64,000 nucleotides of DNA. Origin: Candidatus Latescibacterota bacterium (lineage in GTDB: Bacteria; Latescibacterota; UBA2968; GCA-2709665). The notes beneath the pieces were generated by a model. The model was given only the letters and a program-made list of their open reading frames with translations, was not told where the DNA came from and ran no database searches. The translations under genes and the position numbers were made by a program. This document shows positions 40,219-50,412 of the stretch, in pieces. Each line of letters starts with the position of its first letter. The stretch's first letter is position 1. The DNA lies in the NCBI GenBank assembly GCA_965226795.1, contig CBDDDZ010000002.1, forward strand, positions 544,001 to 608,000. Direction: 5' to 3'.

Positions 40219-40968
40219 ATGCCAACAGTCGCCCTGTACAACATCAAGGGCGGGGTGGGAAAGACCGCCACGGCTGTAAATCTGGCCTACCTCGCCGCAC
40301 ACGACGGCGCACAGACCATTCTGTTCGATCTGGACCCCCAAGGATCGGCCGCGTTTTATTTTCGCATCAATCCCTCCAAAAAACTCCCGGGTCGAATATT
40401 CGTCCGCGGGGGCCGAAGGATTGAGAAGCGCATCAGAGGCACCGACTACGAAAACCTGGATCTGCTGCCGTCTAACCTGTCATTCAGAAACCTGGACACG
40501 ATTCTGAGCAGATTGAAACGCTCCTCGAAGCGGCTCGATCGCATTCTGAAGCCGTATCTGAAGACATACGACTACATCTTTCTGGACTGTCCGCCCGGTA
40601 TTGGCCTGGCGTCGGAAAATATGCTTTTCGCCTCTGACATCGTCCTGGTGCCGTGTATCCCAACCACGCTGTCCATGCGGACCTATGACCAGCTGTTGCG
40701 GTTCTGTCATTCCAGACACCTGGATGTCTCCCGGATCCACCCGTTTTTCACCATGGTCGAGAAACGGAAACGGATGCACAGCGAACAGCTGGCAACCAGT
40801 AGAGATCTGGAAGACGGTTTTCTGGATACGCAGATACCCTACGCTTCGGAAGTCGAGAAAATGGGCATCCACCGAAAACCGGTGCCCTGCTTCGCGCCGG
40901 GTTCGCCCGCCTCAAACGCGTATCAGGATCTTTGGGATGAACTGAAAGCCATGGCTTCGAAACGTTGA
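40219..40968 (+). CDS. ParA/MinD-family ATPase with no adjacent parB
   Basis: Deviant Walker A KGGVGKT, DLDPQ and DCPPG. Confidence 0.92.
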   Translation: MPTVALYNIKGGVGKTATAVNLAYLAAHDGAQTILFDLDPQGSAAFYFRINPSKKLPGRIFVRGGRRIEKRIRGTDYENLDLLPSNLSFRNLDTILSRLKRSSKRLDRILKPYLKTYDYIFLDCPPGIGLASENMLFASDIVLVPCIPTTLSMRTYDQLLRFCHSRHLDVSRIHPFFTMVEKRKRMHSEQLATSRDLEDGFLDTQIPYASEVEKMGIHRKPVPCFAPGSPASNAYQDLWDELKAMASKR

Positions 40969-41076
40969 CAGGTGATAACACAGCCCATCAAACCCCCGCG
41001 CCGTAAAGACTTGCAAACCTGATTCCGTTTGACTCCTGCCTTGTGTTGGCTTATCTTGAGCCGAATGCAGGTATCG

Positions 41077-43194
41077 ATGACTCCAATTAACCACGAGAAA
41101 CGCGTCATGAACCTGGACGATCCAAAACTCTATACCAACCGGGAAATCTCCTGGCTTCGCTTTAACGAACGCGTCCTCGAAGAAGCCCGGGACCCGAAAA
41201 ATCCACTGCTGGAGCGCGTGAAATTCCTGGCGATCGTCGCCAACAACCTGGACGAGTTCTTCGAAATCCGTGTCGCAGGATTGCTTCAGCAGATGGAAGC
41301 CGGCGTACACGATGCCGGCCCCGACGGGCTTTTGCCGGAAGAACTGTTCGAAGTCGTTTCCGAAGAAGCCCATCGGATGGTCGACGAACAATATGCCTGC
41401 TGGAACCAAGAGCTTTTGCCCGCGCTGAAAGAGGCGGACGTGCATATCCGTTCGTCGCAAGACCTCGAACCTGCCGAACAGGCATTTATCCGGGATTACT
41501 GGTTGAGGGAACTCCATCCGGTTCTGACGCCCCTCACCGTCAACCCGGCCCATCCCATTCCGCGCGTGGTAAACAAGTCGCTTTGCCTGGCCGTATTGCT
41601 CAAGGACAGTAAGGGTGACACCTTATTCGGCGTGGTTACGGTTCCGCGCATGTTGCCGCGTCTCATCCGCTTGCCCAGGGACGACGAGGGCCGGCGCGTG
41701 GATTACGTGTTTCTGGCCGACCTTGTGCGGGCCCACATCCCGGAGCTGTACAGAGGGTACGAGATCCTGGGTACCGCCGCTTTTCGTATCACGCGCAACA
41801 GCGACCTTTACCTCGATGAAGAAGAGGCCGACGACCTGCTCCTGGCCATTGAAGATGAACTCAAACGCAGACGCAAGGGCGATACCGTCCGGCTGGAAAT
41901 CGACGCCGCGGCGCCGAGACAGATCGAACGGCGACTTCGGGCCATTTATAATCTGGGCGAGAAACAGGTTTACCGGGTGAACGGTCCGGTCAATCTCAAT
42001 CGCCTCATGATGCTCTACGGGGCGACGCGGCGTCCGGACCTGAAGGACGCGCCGTACCATCCTGCGGAGTATCCCTTTGCCGAAGACCCCGACCATCTTT
42101 TCGCCGAAATCCGCCAGCGGGACATTCTGTTACATCATCCGTACGACTCATTCCATCCGGTCATTCAGTTTGTCCAGTCCGCCGCGCGGGATCCGGACGT
42201 CCTGGCCATTAAACAGACGCTGTATCGCACCACCGCGGACTCTCCCGTCATGGACGCTTTGCTCAAGGCAGCGGAGGCGGGCAAAGAGGTTACCGTGATT
42301 GTGGAACTCAAAGCCCGCTTCGACGAAGCTTCCAACATCCGATGGGCGCGGCAACTACAGGATGCAGGCGTCTACGTCGCCTACGGCGTGGTTGGCCTCA
42401 AGACCCACTGCAAGCTCTCCATGCTGGTCCGGCGCGAAGCCAATGGCCTCCGCCGCTACGCCCATATCGGTACCGGAAACTACAATGCATCGACGGCGCG
42501 GGTGTACACGGACCTGGGTCTGATGACCGCAAGGGAAGACATAACCAGCGACGTTGCCGAGGTATTCAACCTGCTCACCACCCAGTCAGATTGTCCTGAA
42601 GTCAAGAAGCTGCTTGTTGCGCCCTTCAATATGATGGATTCCATCCTGGCGAAAATCGATCGGGAGATTGAACACGCCAGGGCCCGGCGACCGGCACGCA
42701 TTGTCTGCAAAATGAACTCGCTTCAGGATGCAAAGGTCGTGAAAGCGCTTTACAGAGCCGCACAAGGCGGCGTGGACGTCGACCTGATCGTCCGCGGGAT
42801 CTGCAGCATCCGCCCGGGCATCCCCGGAATCAGCGACCGGATTCGCGTGAGAAGCATTGTCGGGCGTTACCTCGAGCACAGCCGCATCTACATGTTCGAG
42901 AACGGATCCAATCCCGAGATATACATCGGCAGCGCGGACTGGATGCCTCGTAATCTGCGTCGACGCGTGGAAATCCTCTGTCCCATAGAAGACCCGGTTC
43001 TTATCCGGAGAATCCAGTCCCGGATTCTCTCCCCGTGCCTGGCGGACAATATCAAGGCCCGTGAGCTTCTTCCAGACGGCGACCATCGCCGCGGAGGGGC
43101 CTCGAACGGACGGACGGCCATTTCGTCGCAGGAGATCCTGATGGGGCTGGCCAGAGGAGAACAATTCGACATCCCGGACCCGCCGCCCGTTTGA
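41077..43194 (+). CDS. ppk1: Polyphosphate kinase 1
   Basis: NREISWLRFNERVL, LLHHPYDSF, ELKARFDE, KTHCK, GRYLEHSR and SADWMPRNL; start 41077 or 41107. Confidence 0.96.
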   Translation: MTPINHEKRVMNLDDPKLYTNREISWLRFNERVLEEARDPKNPLLERVKFLAIVANNLDEFFEIRVAGLLQQMEAGVHDAGPDGLLPEELFEVVSEEAHRMVDEQYACWNQELLPALKEADVHIRSSQDLEPAEQAFIRDYWLRELHPVLTPLTVNPAHPIPRVVNKSLCLAVLLKDSKGDTLFGVVTVPRMLPRLIRLPRDDEGRRVDYVFLADLVRAHIPELYRGYEILGTAAFRITRNSDLYLDEEEADDLLLAIEDELKRRRKGDTVRLEIDAAAPRQIERRLRAIYNLGEKQVYRVNGPVNLNRLMMLYGATRRPDLKDAPYHPAEYPFAEDPDHLFAEIRQRDILLHHPYDSFHPVIQFVQSAARDPDVLAIKQTLYRTTADSPVMDALLKAAEAGKEVTVIVELKARFDEASNIRWARQLQDAGVYVAYGVVGLKTHCKLSMLVRREANGLRRYAHIGTGNYNASTARVYTDLGLMTAREDITSDVAEVFNLLTTQSDCPEVKKLLVAPFNMMDSILAKIDREIEHARARRPARIVCKMNSLQDAKVVKALYRAAQGGVDVDLIVRGICSIRPGIPGISDRIRVRSIVGRYLEHSRIYMFENGSNPEIYIGSADWMPRNLRRRVEILCPIEDPVLIRRIQSRILSPCLADNIKARELLPDGDHRRGGASNGRTAISSQEILMGLARGEQFDIPDPPPV

Positions 43195-43206
43195 ATCCAC
43201 AACAAA

Positions 43207-43241
43207 GAAGACGGAGGGCATTCTTTCGCTCCTCCGTCTTC
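43207..43241. terminator. Hairpin between convergent ppk1 and phoR
   Basis: GAAGACGGAGG...CCTCCGTCTTC 11-bp stem. Confidence 0.7.
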
Positions 43242-43269
43242 CATACTTTCGGGACACACGGATGTACGA

Positions 43270-45141
43270 CTATGCAATCGGTAGGGTGAAGCCGAACGTC
43301 GCCCCGGCGCCGAGTACACTCTTCGCGTAGACCCGTTCCCCGTGGGCCTCAATGATATGCCGGACAATCGAAAGCCCCAGACCGGTTCCACCCAGGCTTC
43401 TGGAGCGCCCCTTGTCCACCCTGTAAAACCGTTCGAACACCCGCGGCAGCGAATCCGACGGGATCCCGATACCCGAATCCACGACTTCCAGAGCCACACG
43501 TTCGACCGCCGCGACCGGCCTCGAATCCCCGGCCGGATGGCCGGCGCCCGTTTCCAGAATAAACCGCGGTTCGTTCTCCGCATCCGCACCCGCGAAAACC
43601 GCATCCGTACCCAGCCGCCTGGCAGCCACCCACACCTGCCCGCCTTGAGGTGTATATTTCACGGCATTGTCGAGCAGGTTGACCACGGCCTGTTCAATCA
43701 ACTTCGTGCTGCCGCGGACCGTCAGTTCATCCTGAACCGTAATCGCAACCGCAATGCCCTTGCCTTCGGCCTGCTGCCTGATTGAATCGTACGCCCGGTC
43801 CACCACCGTTCGGATTGCGAAATCTTCCATTTCAATCGCCAGCCTGTCGGACTGCAGCCGCGAGAGATCGAGCAGATCTTCCAGCAGCAATTGGAGCCGG
43901 TCTGAATGCGCGAGTATGGTCTGCACAAACCGTTCGGCGGTTGCGCGGTCTTCAAGCGCGCCCTCGGCCAGCGTATCCGCACACCCCTTGATGGCCGTGA
44001 GAGGCGTTCTTATTTCGTGGGAAACATTTGCCACGAAATCCGTGCGTGCCCGCTCCAGCCGGTGCAATTCGGTCATATCGTAGAAGACCGCCACCACACC
44101 CGTCCCCCCGCCCTCCCGGCGAATGGGTCCCACGTGCACGTCGAAATGGCGTTCCGGCAGACCGGACGTCGTCATTATCTGCGTCCGGGCGTCGCCGGTT
44201 TTCAGGGTGTGTTCGATTGCCTCCTGAACCTGCACGTCACGGATCATTTCCACCGGCGGCCGGCCTTCCGTGGGCGGCATCACGCCGAAAAACCGCTCGA
44301 AGGTGTGATTGGTCAGCAGAACGCGGCCGTCGCGCCCCGTGACAAGGATGCCCACGGTAATGTCCGACAGGATCGTCTCCAGACGGGATTTTTCCGCAAC
44401 CATATCCGCGAAACGGTCGCGGATATTCTGCCGCGCCGAATCCAGAGTTCGTGCCAGATCCTTAATTTCCCGGGAAAAAGCAACGGCCGGCACCTCGTCA
44501 TCGAAGTTACCCGCTGCCACTGAGCGCGCAACCTGCGTCAGTTTCTCTATTGGCCGCGAGACATATTGCGAGACGTTGTAGGACAGCAGCAGCGCCAGGG
44601 CCAACCCCAGCGCGGATGCCGTCCACATCGTGCGGTTGACGCGATCCTGGAGTTGTCCCACGTGCGTCAGCGGCGCGGCCAGCCGCAGCACCACCCGCCC
44701 GCCCTCCGGCCCTTGAACGGTTTTTGCCACATACAGCATATCCTGTTCGGGCGTTTCGCCGGAACGCATGTGTCGCCCAACCGAACCTTCCCACGCGGAT
44801 CGGACCTCAGGGCGGTCTGCCTGATTCGCCAACCGCGAAAGATCCTCCACGCGCACCTCCGAATCCCACAACACCTTCCCGGCGCCGTCAATAACCGTCG
44901 CACGAGCGTCCAGCCGCCGGCCGATCCGGTTCACGATCTCATTTACGGTTCCCGAAGTCGCGGCCTCTTCCCATTGGCCTGCAAGATAGTCAGCGGCCGT
45001 CCTGACCTCTTTCGTGAGTGCGTCCCGGCGTTGCGCCAGCAGGATATCCCGAATCGTACGGGTCAGATACATATGTACGGCCGCCATGGCCATTGCGACA
45101 ACCGCCATGCAGATCAACATCAGCCGCCAATGCAATCGCAT
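43270..45141 (-). CDS. phoR: PhoR-type sensor histidine kinase (TM-HAMP-PAS-HisKA-HATPase)
   Basis: DFVANVSHEIRTPLT, NLLDNAVKY, DSGIGI and FYRVDKGRSR..GGTGLGL; ATG 45141. Confidence 0.9.
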   Translation of the reverse strand: MRLHWRLMLICMAVVAMAMAAVHMYLTRTIRDILLAQRRDALTKEVRTAADYLAGQWEEAATSGTVNEIVNRIGRRLDARATVIDGAGKVLWDSEVRVEDLSRLANQADRPEVRSAWEGSVGRHMRSGETPEQDMLYVAKTVQGPEGGRVVLRLAAPLTHVGQLQDRVNRTMWTASALGLALALLLSYNVSQYVSRPIEKLTQVARSVAAGNFDDEVPAVAFSREIKDLARTLDSARQNIRDRFADMVAEKSRLETILSDITVGILVTGRDGRVLLTNHTFERFFGVMPPTEGRPPVEMIRDVQVQEAIEHTLKTGDARTQIMTTSGLPERHFDVHVGPIRREGGGTGVVAVFYDMTELHRLERARTDFVANVSHEIRTPLTAIKGCADTLAEGALEDRATAERFVQTILAHSDRLQLLLEDLLDLSRLQSDRLAIEMEDFAIRTVVDRAYDSIRQQAEGKGIAVAITVQDELTVRGSTKLIEQAVVNLLDNAVKYTPQGGQVWVAARRLGTDAVFAGADAENEPRFILETGAGHPAGDSRPVAAVERVALEVVDSGIGIPSDSLPRVFERFYRVDKGRSRSLGGTGLGLSIVRHIIEAHGERVYAKSVLGAGATFGFTLPIA

Positions 45142-46604
45142 CTCACTCGCCTTCCTCCGGCGAATCCATTGAACTCGTCCAGGAACCACTCGGCTTGCTT
45201 TGTCATAAAGACGCCGATTTCCTCCCCCTTGAAGGCGAAAGATATCCTGAGCCCTCCAAGGTAAATATCCGTGATGTAGACTTCCATGTTGAGCGTCTGT
45301 GCGTCGATCCACGCGGCCGATGCCAGGCAATCGTATTCGATGCCGGGGACCGAGCCGATCTGTTCGCCGAAGTAGCCGCGTTGAGGGAACTTGCCCGGCA
45401 GCACGCGTCCGATACCGAACCGCAGCACATTGTCGCCCTGACCGTTGATGTACTCCCAGGCGCCTTCATCCTCCTCTAACGACAGGCGCATCCGCGTGAT
45501 CCCCATCGGGTTGTCATCCAAAGCATACCACGCTCCGTTGACTTCCGAAGCCGCCCTTGCGTCGGGGTCCCCCGGGATCGGCAGGACTGCCAGCCGCTCG
45601 ATCTTATCGCAGAGTTCCTCGTGGGCGTCACGGTTCTCCGGAAGCGGCGCATCTGAAAGGTGGGGGTAGAGTTCCTCCCGCATCACGGAAGGAATGGCGC
45701 TGCCGGCCGGCGCGCCCTGTGTGTCGGCGATGCAGGTGAACAGAAACTCCCTTTCGGGGAAACAGATGGCGTACTGACTGCCCATCCCGCGGAAGGAGAA
45801 TCCGTTCTCTTTATCGCGCCAGATCTGATATCCATACCCGCAGTTGCCCCGGATCGTGTTGTCGATTTGCCTGGAGGTCGCGGCACACACGTACTCTTCC
45901 GGCAGGACCCTTTCATCGCCCCACATACCGCAGTTCATGCAGGTGAGTGCGACTCTGGCCAGATCGCGAAGCGTACAGATCACCCCCGATCCGCCCCACG
46001 ACACACCCTCGGGCGTGCGGATGCACCATGCGTCAGCGGAGAATCCGATCCGGTCCAGAAAACGCGGTCGCATATAATCCAGAAAGGGAATACCGGCAAG
46101 CCGTTCGACCGTGGCCGTAAGCACGACGGTTGCCGCGGTGTCGTACGAGAAGATCGTTCCGGGAGGATGCGAGGGGATCCGGTTGAAGAAGGTCCAGACC
46201 CAGTCCGGGTCGTTGCGTGTATAGGAGTTTCTCGAATGGGGGGTCGACATCGTCAGGAGATCCCGGACGGTCGAGGCGGAAAGCCAGGGATGAAGGTTTT
46301 CCGGAAGTTTGTCCGGGAAGTATTCGGCGACCCGATCGTCGAGCGCGAGCCTGCCTTCGTCGACCATCATCCCCACCGCCAACGCGACAAAGCTCTTGCT
46401 GACCGAATACATCCGGTGTTTGCGCTCAACCGACCACGGGGACCAGTATCCCTCAGCAGCAATTCTGTTGTGACGCACCAGCAGGAACCCGTGCATACAG
46501 ATTCGCTCGGAATCGATCCGCTGCAGGAAATTCAGGATCGCCCGCGAAGGGATTCCCTGGCTTTCAGGTGAGGGCATCGTTGTAAACACTTTTTCGCTTT
46601 CCAT
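45120..46604 (-). CDS. Serine hydrolase, beta-lactamase family
   Basis: SxxK motif YSVSKS, TVRDLLTM, PGTIFSY and YGYQIW. Confidence 0.88.
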   Translation of the reverse strand: MESEKVFTTMPSPESQGIPSRAILNFLQRIDSERICMHGFLLVRHNRIAAEGYWSPWSVERKHRMYSVSKSFVALAVGMMVDEGRLALDDRVAEYFPDKLPENLHPWLSASTVRDLLTMSTPHSRNSYTRNDPDWVWTFFNRIPSHPPGTIFSYDTAATVVLTATVERLAGIPFLDYMRPRFLDRIGFSADAWCIRTPEGVSWGGSGVICTLRDLARVALTCMNCGMWGDERVLPEEYVCAATSRQIDNTIRGNCGYGYQIWRDKENGFSFRGMGSQYAICFPEREFLFTCIADTQGAPAGSAIPSVMREELYPHLSDAPLPENRDAHEELCDKIERLAVLPIPGDPDARAASEVNGAWYALDDNPMGITRMRLSLEEDEGAWEYINGQGDNVLRFGIGRVLPGKFPQRGYFGEQIGSVPGIEYDCLASAAWIDAQTLNMEVYITDIYLGGLRISFAFKGEEIGVFMTKQAEWFLDEFNGFAGGRRVRCDCIGG

Positions 46605-46614
46605 ATCGGCTCCA

Positions 46615-46750
46615 TGAGCTTGTCGAAACGTGGTCGTTGCCCGTGCTGAGCTTGTCGAAATGCCCGCGTTCAGCTATCCGTTCGACACCCTTCGCCGACG
46701 CTTCGACAAGCTCAGGCGACCGCAGGTTCAGGGAGCGGCTCAGGATGCCG
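46615..46750. repeat. Second TGAGCTTGTCGAA / TTCGACAAGCTCA repeat cluster
   Basis: Shares TGAGCTTGTCGAAATGCCCGCGTT, CCCTTCGCCGAC and CAGGGAGCGGCTCAGG with 28579-28805. Confidence 0.8.
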
Positions 46751-46757
46751 CCTCATC

Positions 46758-47465
46758 TCAAGAGCGTTCGCCCATGAATCGATAGCCAACGCCCCGAACC
46801 GTCTCCACCATTTCGCTCGCGCCGCCCAGTTTCTCTCTCAATCGGCGAATGTGCGTATCCACCGTCCGGCCATAGCCGGCGTAGTCGTAACCCCAAACCG
46901 TATTCAGCAGTTCCTCACGCGACTGCACGCGCCCCCTGCGTTCGGCCAGTGTAACGAGCAAACTGAATTCGGTGGATGTCAACGCCAGCACGTCGCCGCT
47001 CACGGTTACCCGGTGGGCGGCCTGATCGATGGTGAGCGGTCCGAATCTCATCGCTTCCGGATCGGACTCGGTCGTCGCCGAGTCCCGCCCCTCCTCCAAC
47101 CGCCTCAGGATGGCCTGGATACGGAGCACCAGTTCGCGGGGCGAGAACGGCTTTACGACATAGTCGTCCGCTCCCAGTTCGAGCCCCACGACGCGGTCCA
47201 CCTCCTCGGCGCGCGCCGTTAGCATCAGAATAGGCAGATCGCGGGTGGCTGCATCCTGCTTTAGCAGCCTGCACACTTCCAGGCCGTCTATTCCCGGCAG
47301 CATCAGGTCCAGCACGACCAGGTCCGGACGCCCCTGCCGAATCTGATCGAGGGCCTCCTCGCCCGTTTCGACGGCGGCTACCGAAAAACCAGCCTTCTCA
47401 AGATTGTAAGAGACGATCTCCTGAATATCGACTTCGTCTTCAACCACCAGAATATTGCCTTTCAT
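46758..47465 (-). CDS. phoB: PhoB/OmpR-family response regulator
   Basis: VVEDE, LDLMLP, GADDYVVKPF, RTVDTHIRRLR and TVRGVGY; context of phoR, pst and ppk. Confidence 0.88.
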   Translation of the reverse strand: MKGNILVVEDEVDIQEIVSYNLEKAGFSVAAVETGEEALDQIRQGRPDLVVLDLMLPGIDGLEVCRLLKQDAATRDLPILMLTARAEEVDRVVGLELGADDYVVKPFSPRELVLRIQAILRRLEEGRDSATTESDPEAMRFGPLTIDQAAHRVTVSGDVLALTSTEFSLLVTLAERRGRVQSREELLNTVWGYDYAGYGRTVDTHIRRLREKLGGASEMVETVRGVGYRFMGERS

Positions 47466-47653
47466 GGTTGTCCTCGTATAAGCAACGGACCCGTCGCCCG
47501 GCAAGGAATCGAGACGTCATCTCCTCGGTGAAATGTAATATACAAAAAGGAAAAAAATGGGCAATCCTCCAGAGCATTTATAGGACCGCCGGCGAAAAAA
47601 TCCGAAATACCATCTCGAAGGAAATCAACGAAACAAAAAGGCAATCCGAATGA

Positions 47654-47693
47654 TCCGGCCTGTCTGCGTGCGACAGCACGCAGACAGGCCGGA
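47654..47693. repeat. Perfect 18-bp-arm palindrome (REP-like or terminator)
   Basis: TCCGGCCTGTCTGCGTGC-GACA-GCACGCAGACAGGCCGGA. Confidence 0.75.
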
Positions 47694-47723
47694 AGAGTGG
47701 TGACATTTGTCCGGTAAAGGACA

Positions 47724-49694
47724 CTATGCCATAGAAAAGGAAATATCGCCCCGCCAGGGATCGCATCGTCCCAATCGGACGGACACGGTGTCTCCCGGTT
47801 GCACCTTCGAGGGCGGCCTGATTTGCGTCTGGAACGCGAAATCCAGTACTTCCACGTTCAGTGTCCGACCACGTACTTCCAGCGCCACCGCCTCGAACAC
47901 CTCTCCCACGCGACCTTGCAGATAGCGTAACAACCAGTACCGCTCACGCTGCCGCTCGATGCGGATCAACGTCCGCATCCTTTCCTCGGCTTCAAAAACC
48001 ACACGCTGGATGCGCTCGTCGTCATAAGCCAGCGGCTGATCCAGCAGATAGGCCGCCACCTGCCGTTGAACCGCCAGATCCGTATACCGGCGCAGCGGCG
48101 AAGAGGTCTGGCAGTACGCCTCGACACCCAGCCCGCCGTGCAAATCCGGCGTCACGCTCATCGACGCCCGCCGCATTCTGCGCAACACGCTGTACCGGCG
48201 CAACACTTCGTTCTCCACGTCGCTGAAATCCGCCAGGTCCGGTGCTGTCTGGATCCGGTACACCACCGGAATGTTCAGGTCCCTGCAAAATCGGGCGACT
48301 GCCACATTGGCCATCACCATCATTTCGCTCACGAGCAAATTGGCCGGGGATCTGCCGTCCTGCATCGAAAACTCGATTTCTCCGTCCGGTGTTATCCCGA
48401 TTCGCCGATTCGGATGTTCAACGTCGATTGCGCCGTTCTGCAGTCGCTCGATACAGTGCCACTCCGCCACGGTGTGCAATGCCGAAAAGTCGTTGTGCAG
48501 CGAATGGGATGAATCCTCCAGAATCCCGTCCACGGCCTCATACGAGAGTTTCTCACGGCACCGTATAATGGACGGAACGATATCAACGTCTTCCACCGTT
48601 CCATCCGCCGAAACCTCGAAGAGCTGACTCAGCGCCAGCCGGCGCGCGCCCGGTCGCAGACTGCCCAGATTGCTTGAAACCGTCTCTGGGAACATGGGTA
48701 TCTTTCGGTCCGGGAAGTAAAGACTGGAAACCCTCGCCGCCGCCTCCCGGTCCGTCTCGGAATCCAGGGGAATCAACCCCGCCACGTCGGTGATATGCAC
48801 CCCTACCTGCATAGTCCCGTCTGCACGTATCAGGACCGATACACCATCGTCCATGTCGGTCGTTGTCGCGTCGTCAACCGCGTATACCGCGAGATCTGAA
48901 AGATCCCTGCGCCGGCCGTCATCCAGAAGCGGAGCCAGGCGCAATGCATCCGCCGCTTCGCTGACAACCGCCGGAAATTCGACCGGCACCTCGGCTCGAA
49001 TCAGGTCGAGGTGTTCATCCGGACCCCAGACGCCATGCCGCACAAGCCGATTGAAGACGAAGCGCGCGTCCATCCTGCCGCCCGCCATGCGTTCCACCCA
49101 GCCGACATGGGCACTCTTTTCACCGTGCAACACGTAATCCTTCAGCCGATCGACCCATCCACCAACAGATTCCGGCGATTCCTCCCCGTATTCCTCGAAC
49201 CAGTGCTGAAAACGCGCCTTTTCCGCGACGCGCGCCGCCTGACGCCCGGCAGCGGCCTGTCGAGCCTGAACCTCTTCCCCACTCAACGCGCGGTACCCGC
49301 CCCCGCGCCTCTCCGCCTCGAAATAAAGGTTCTGCTCGAGATGGACCAGTAACGCCGCGCGCTGATCGGGCGTTACGTCCCCACCGAAATAGAGATCCGC
49401 CAATCCGTCCACGGTCCAGATCTCCAGGTCGTCACGCACGAGTTCCCACGCGTCCTGAAGGTCTATGCCTTCGCTCTCCTCTTCGGCACGCGCCATCCAC
49501 TCGGCCGCCCCGGTCCAGTCTCCGGCCGTCTCACCGGTGCGGAGCAACACATTCTCAACCGGCGTATTCACCGTTTCCTTACGGGCAGTCGTAAAACGCA
49601 CCTTTCCTCCGCGCAAAGACAGGCATACCCCCGCCATCAAACGGTTGCGGTACCTGAAAAAGGCAATCTCGTTTTCCGTGACAGCCATTGTCAC
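47724..49694 (-). CDS. RNB-domain exoribonuclease (RNase II/R family)
   Basis: VDDATTTDMDDG, SEMMVMAN, HGGLG and TSSPLRRYTDL. Confidence 0.9.
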   Translation of the reverse strand: MTMAVTENEIAFFRYRNRLMAGVCLSLRGGKVRFTTARKETVNTPVENVLLRTGETAGDWTGAAEWMARAEEESEGIDLQDAWELVRDDLEIWTVDGLADLYFGGDVTPDQRAALLVHLEQNLYFEAERRGGGYRALSGEEVQARQAAAGRQAARVAEKARFQHWFEEYGEESPESVGGWVDRLKDYVLHGEKSAHVGWVERMAGGRMDARFVFNRLVRHGVWGPDEHLDLIRAEVPVEFPAVVSEAADALRLAPLLDDGRRRDLSDLAVYAVDDATTTDMDDGVSVLIRADGTMQVGVHITDVAGLIPLDSETDREAAARVSSLYFPDRKIPMFPETVSSNLGSLRPGARRLALSQLFEVSADGTVEDVDIVPSIIRCREKLSYEAVDGILEDSSHSLHNDFSALHTVAEWHCIERLQNGAIDVEHPNRRIGITPDGEIEFSMQDGRSPANLLVSEMMVMANVAVARFCRDLNIPVVYRIQTAPDLADFSDVENEVLRRYSVLRRMRRASMSVTPDLHGGLGVEAYCQTSSPLRRYTDLAVQRQVAAYLLDQPLAYDDERIQRVVFEAEERMRTLIRIERQRERYWLLRYLQGRVGEVFEAVALEVRGRTLNVEVLDFAFQTQIRPPSKVQPGDTVSVRLGRCDPWRGDISFSMA

Positions 49695-49735
49695 CGCCGT
49701 TCACCCGCCTGCCGGCCCGGGTATCGTGTTCAGTG

Positions 49736-50119
49736 TTATTGTTGCGGTTTTCTGGCGACCACGTCGATTTCCACCAGGATACCCGGCAGGACGGACTGCA
49801 CCGTCGTCCTGGCCGGCCGGACACCCGTAAAGAACCCCGAATACACCCCGTTGAATGCCGCGAAATCGCCGATATCCGCCAGGTGACAGGTGGACTTTAC
49901 CACGTCGTCCATGGTACAGCCCGCTTCGTGGAGAACCCTTCGGATATGCTCCAGCGTCGTACGTGTCTGAGTCTCGATATCGTTGCCGAGCACCTCGCCC
50001 GTGGCCATATCCAGCGACGCATGCCCGCTCACGTAAACCCAGCCATCCACCTCTACTGCCGCCGAATACGCCCCCGTATCCACCTGCTTATCCGGGTGTC
50101 TGATCTCCCGCTTGCCCAT
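49736..50119 (-). CDS. RidA/YjgF family protein
   Basis: YSAAV, YVSG, FNGVY, PARTTV and VEID. Confidence 0.9.
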   Translation of the reverse strand: MGKREIRHPDKQVDTGAYSAAVEVDGWVYVSGHASLDMATGEVLGNDIETQTRTTLEHIRRVLHEAGCTMDDVVKSTCHLADIGDFAAFNGVYSGFFTGVRPARTTVQSVLPGILVEIDVVARKPQQ

Positions 50120-50412
50120 CGTGTGGCCCCCATTAGAGAAAGTTCCTTTGTTGTTTGACGTGTCAATATAGCGAATTCCAACGTGCCAATCCAGCCGGTT
50201 CTGAGTATCGGATCATCGAGCCGATGCACCTTGCATTTCGTGCCCCGGGGCTTTATCTTTTCCGCTATCCATCCACGCCGGACGATTTCCTCCACGGATT
50301 TCGATACGCACTGCCCGGGCCCCGCCGGATGGGCGGGTGGTCGTTTCCGGTTTCAGATTCCCGCTGAACTGTCCAAACGGCACGCGCAATAGGTGCTCAG
50401 GAGAAACCCTCC

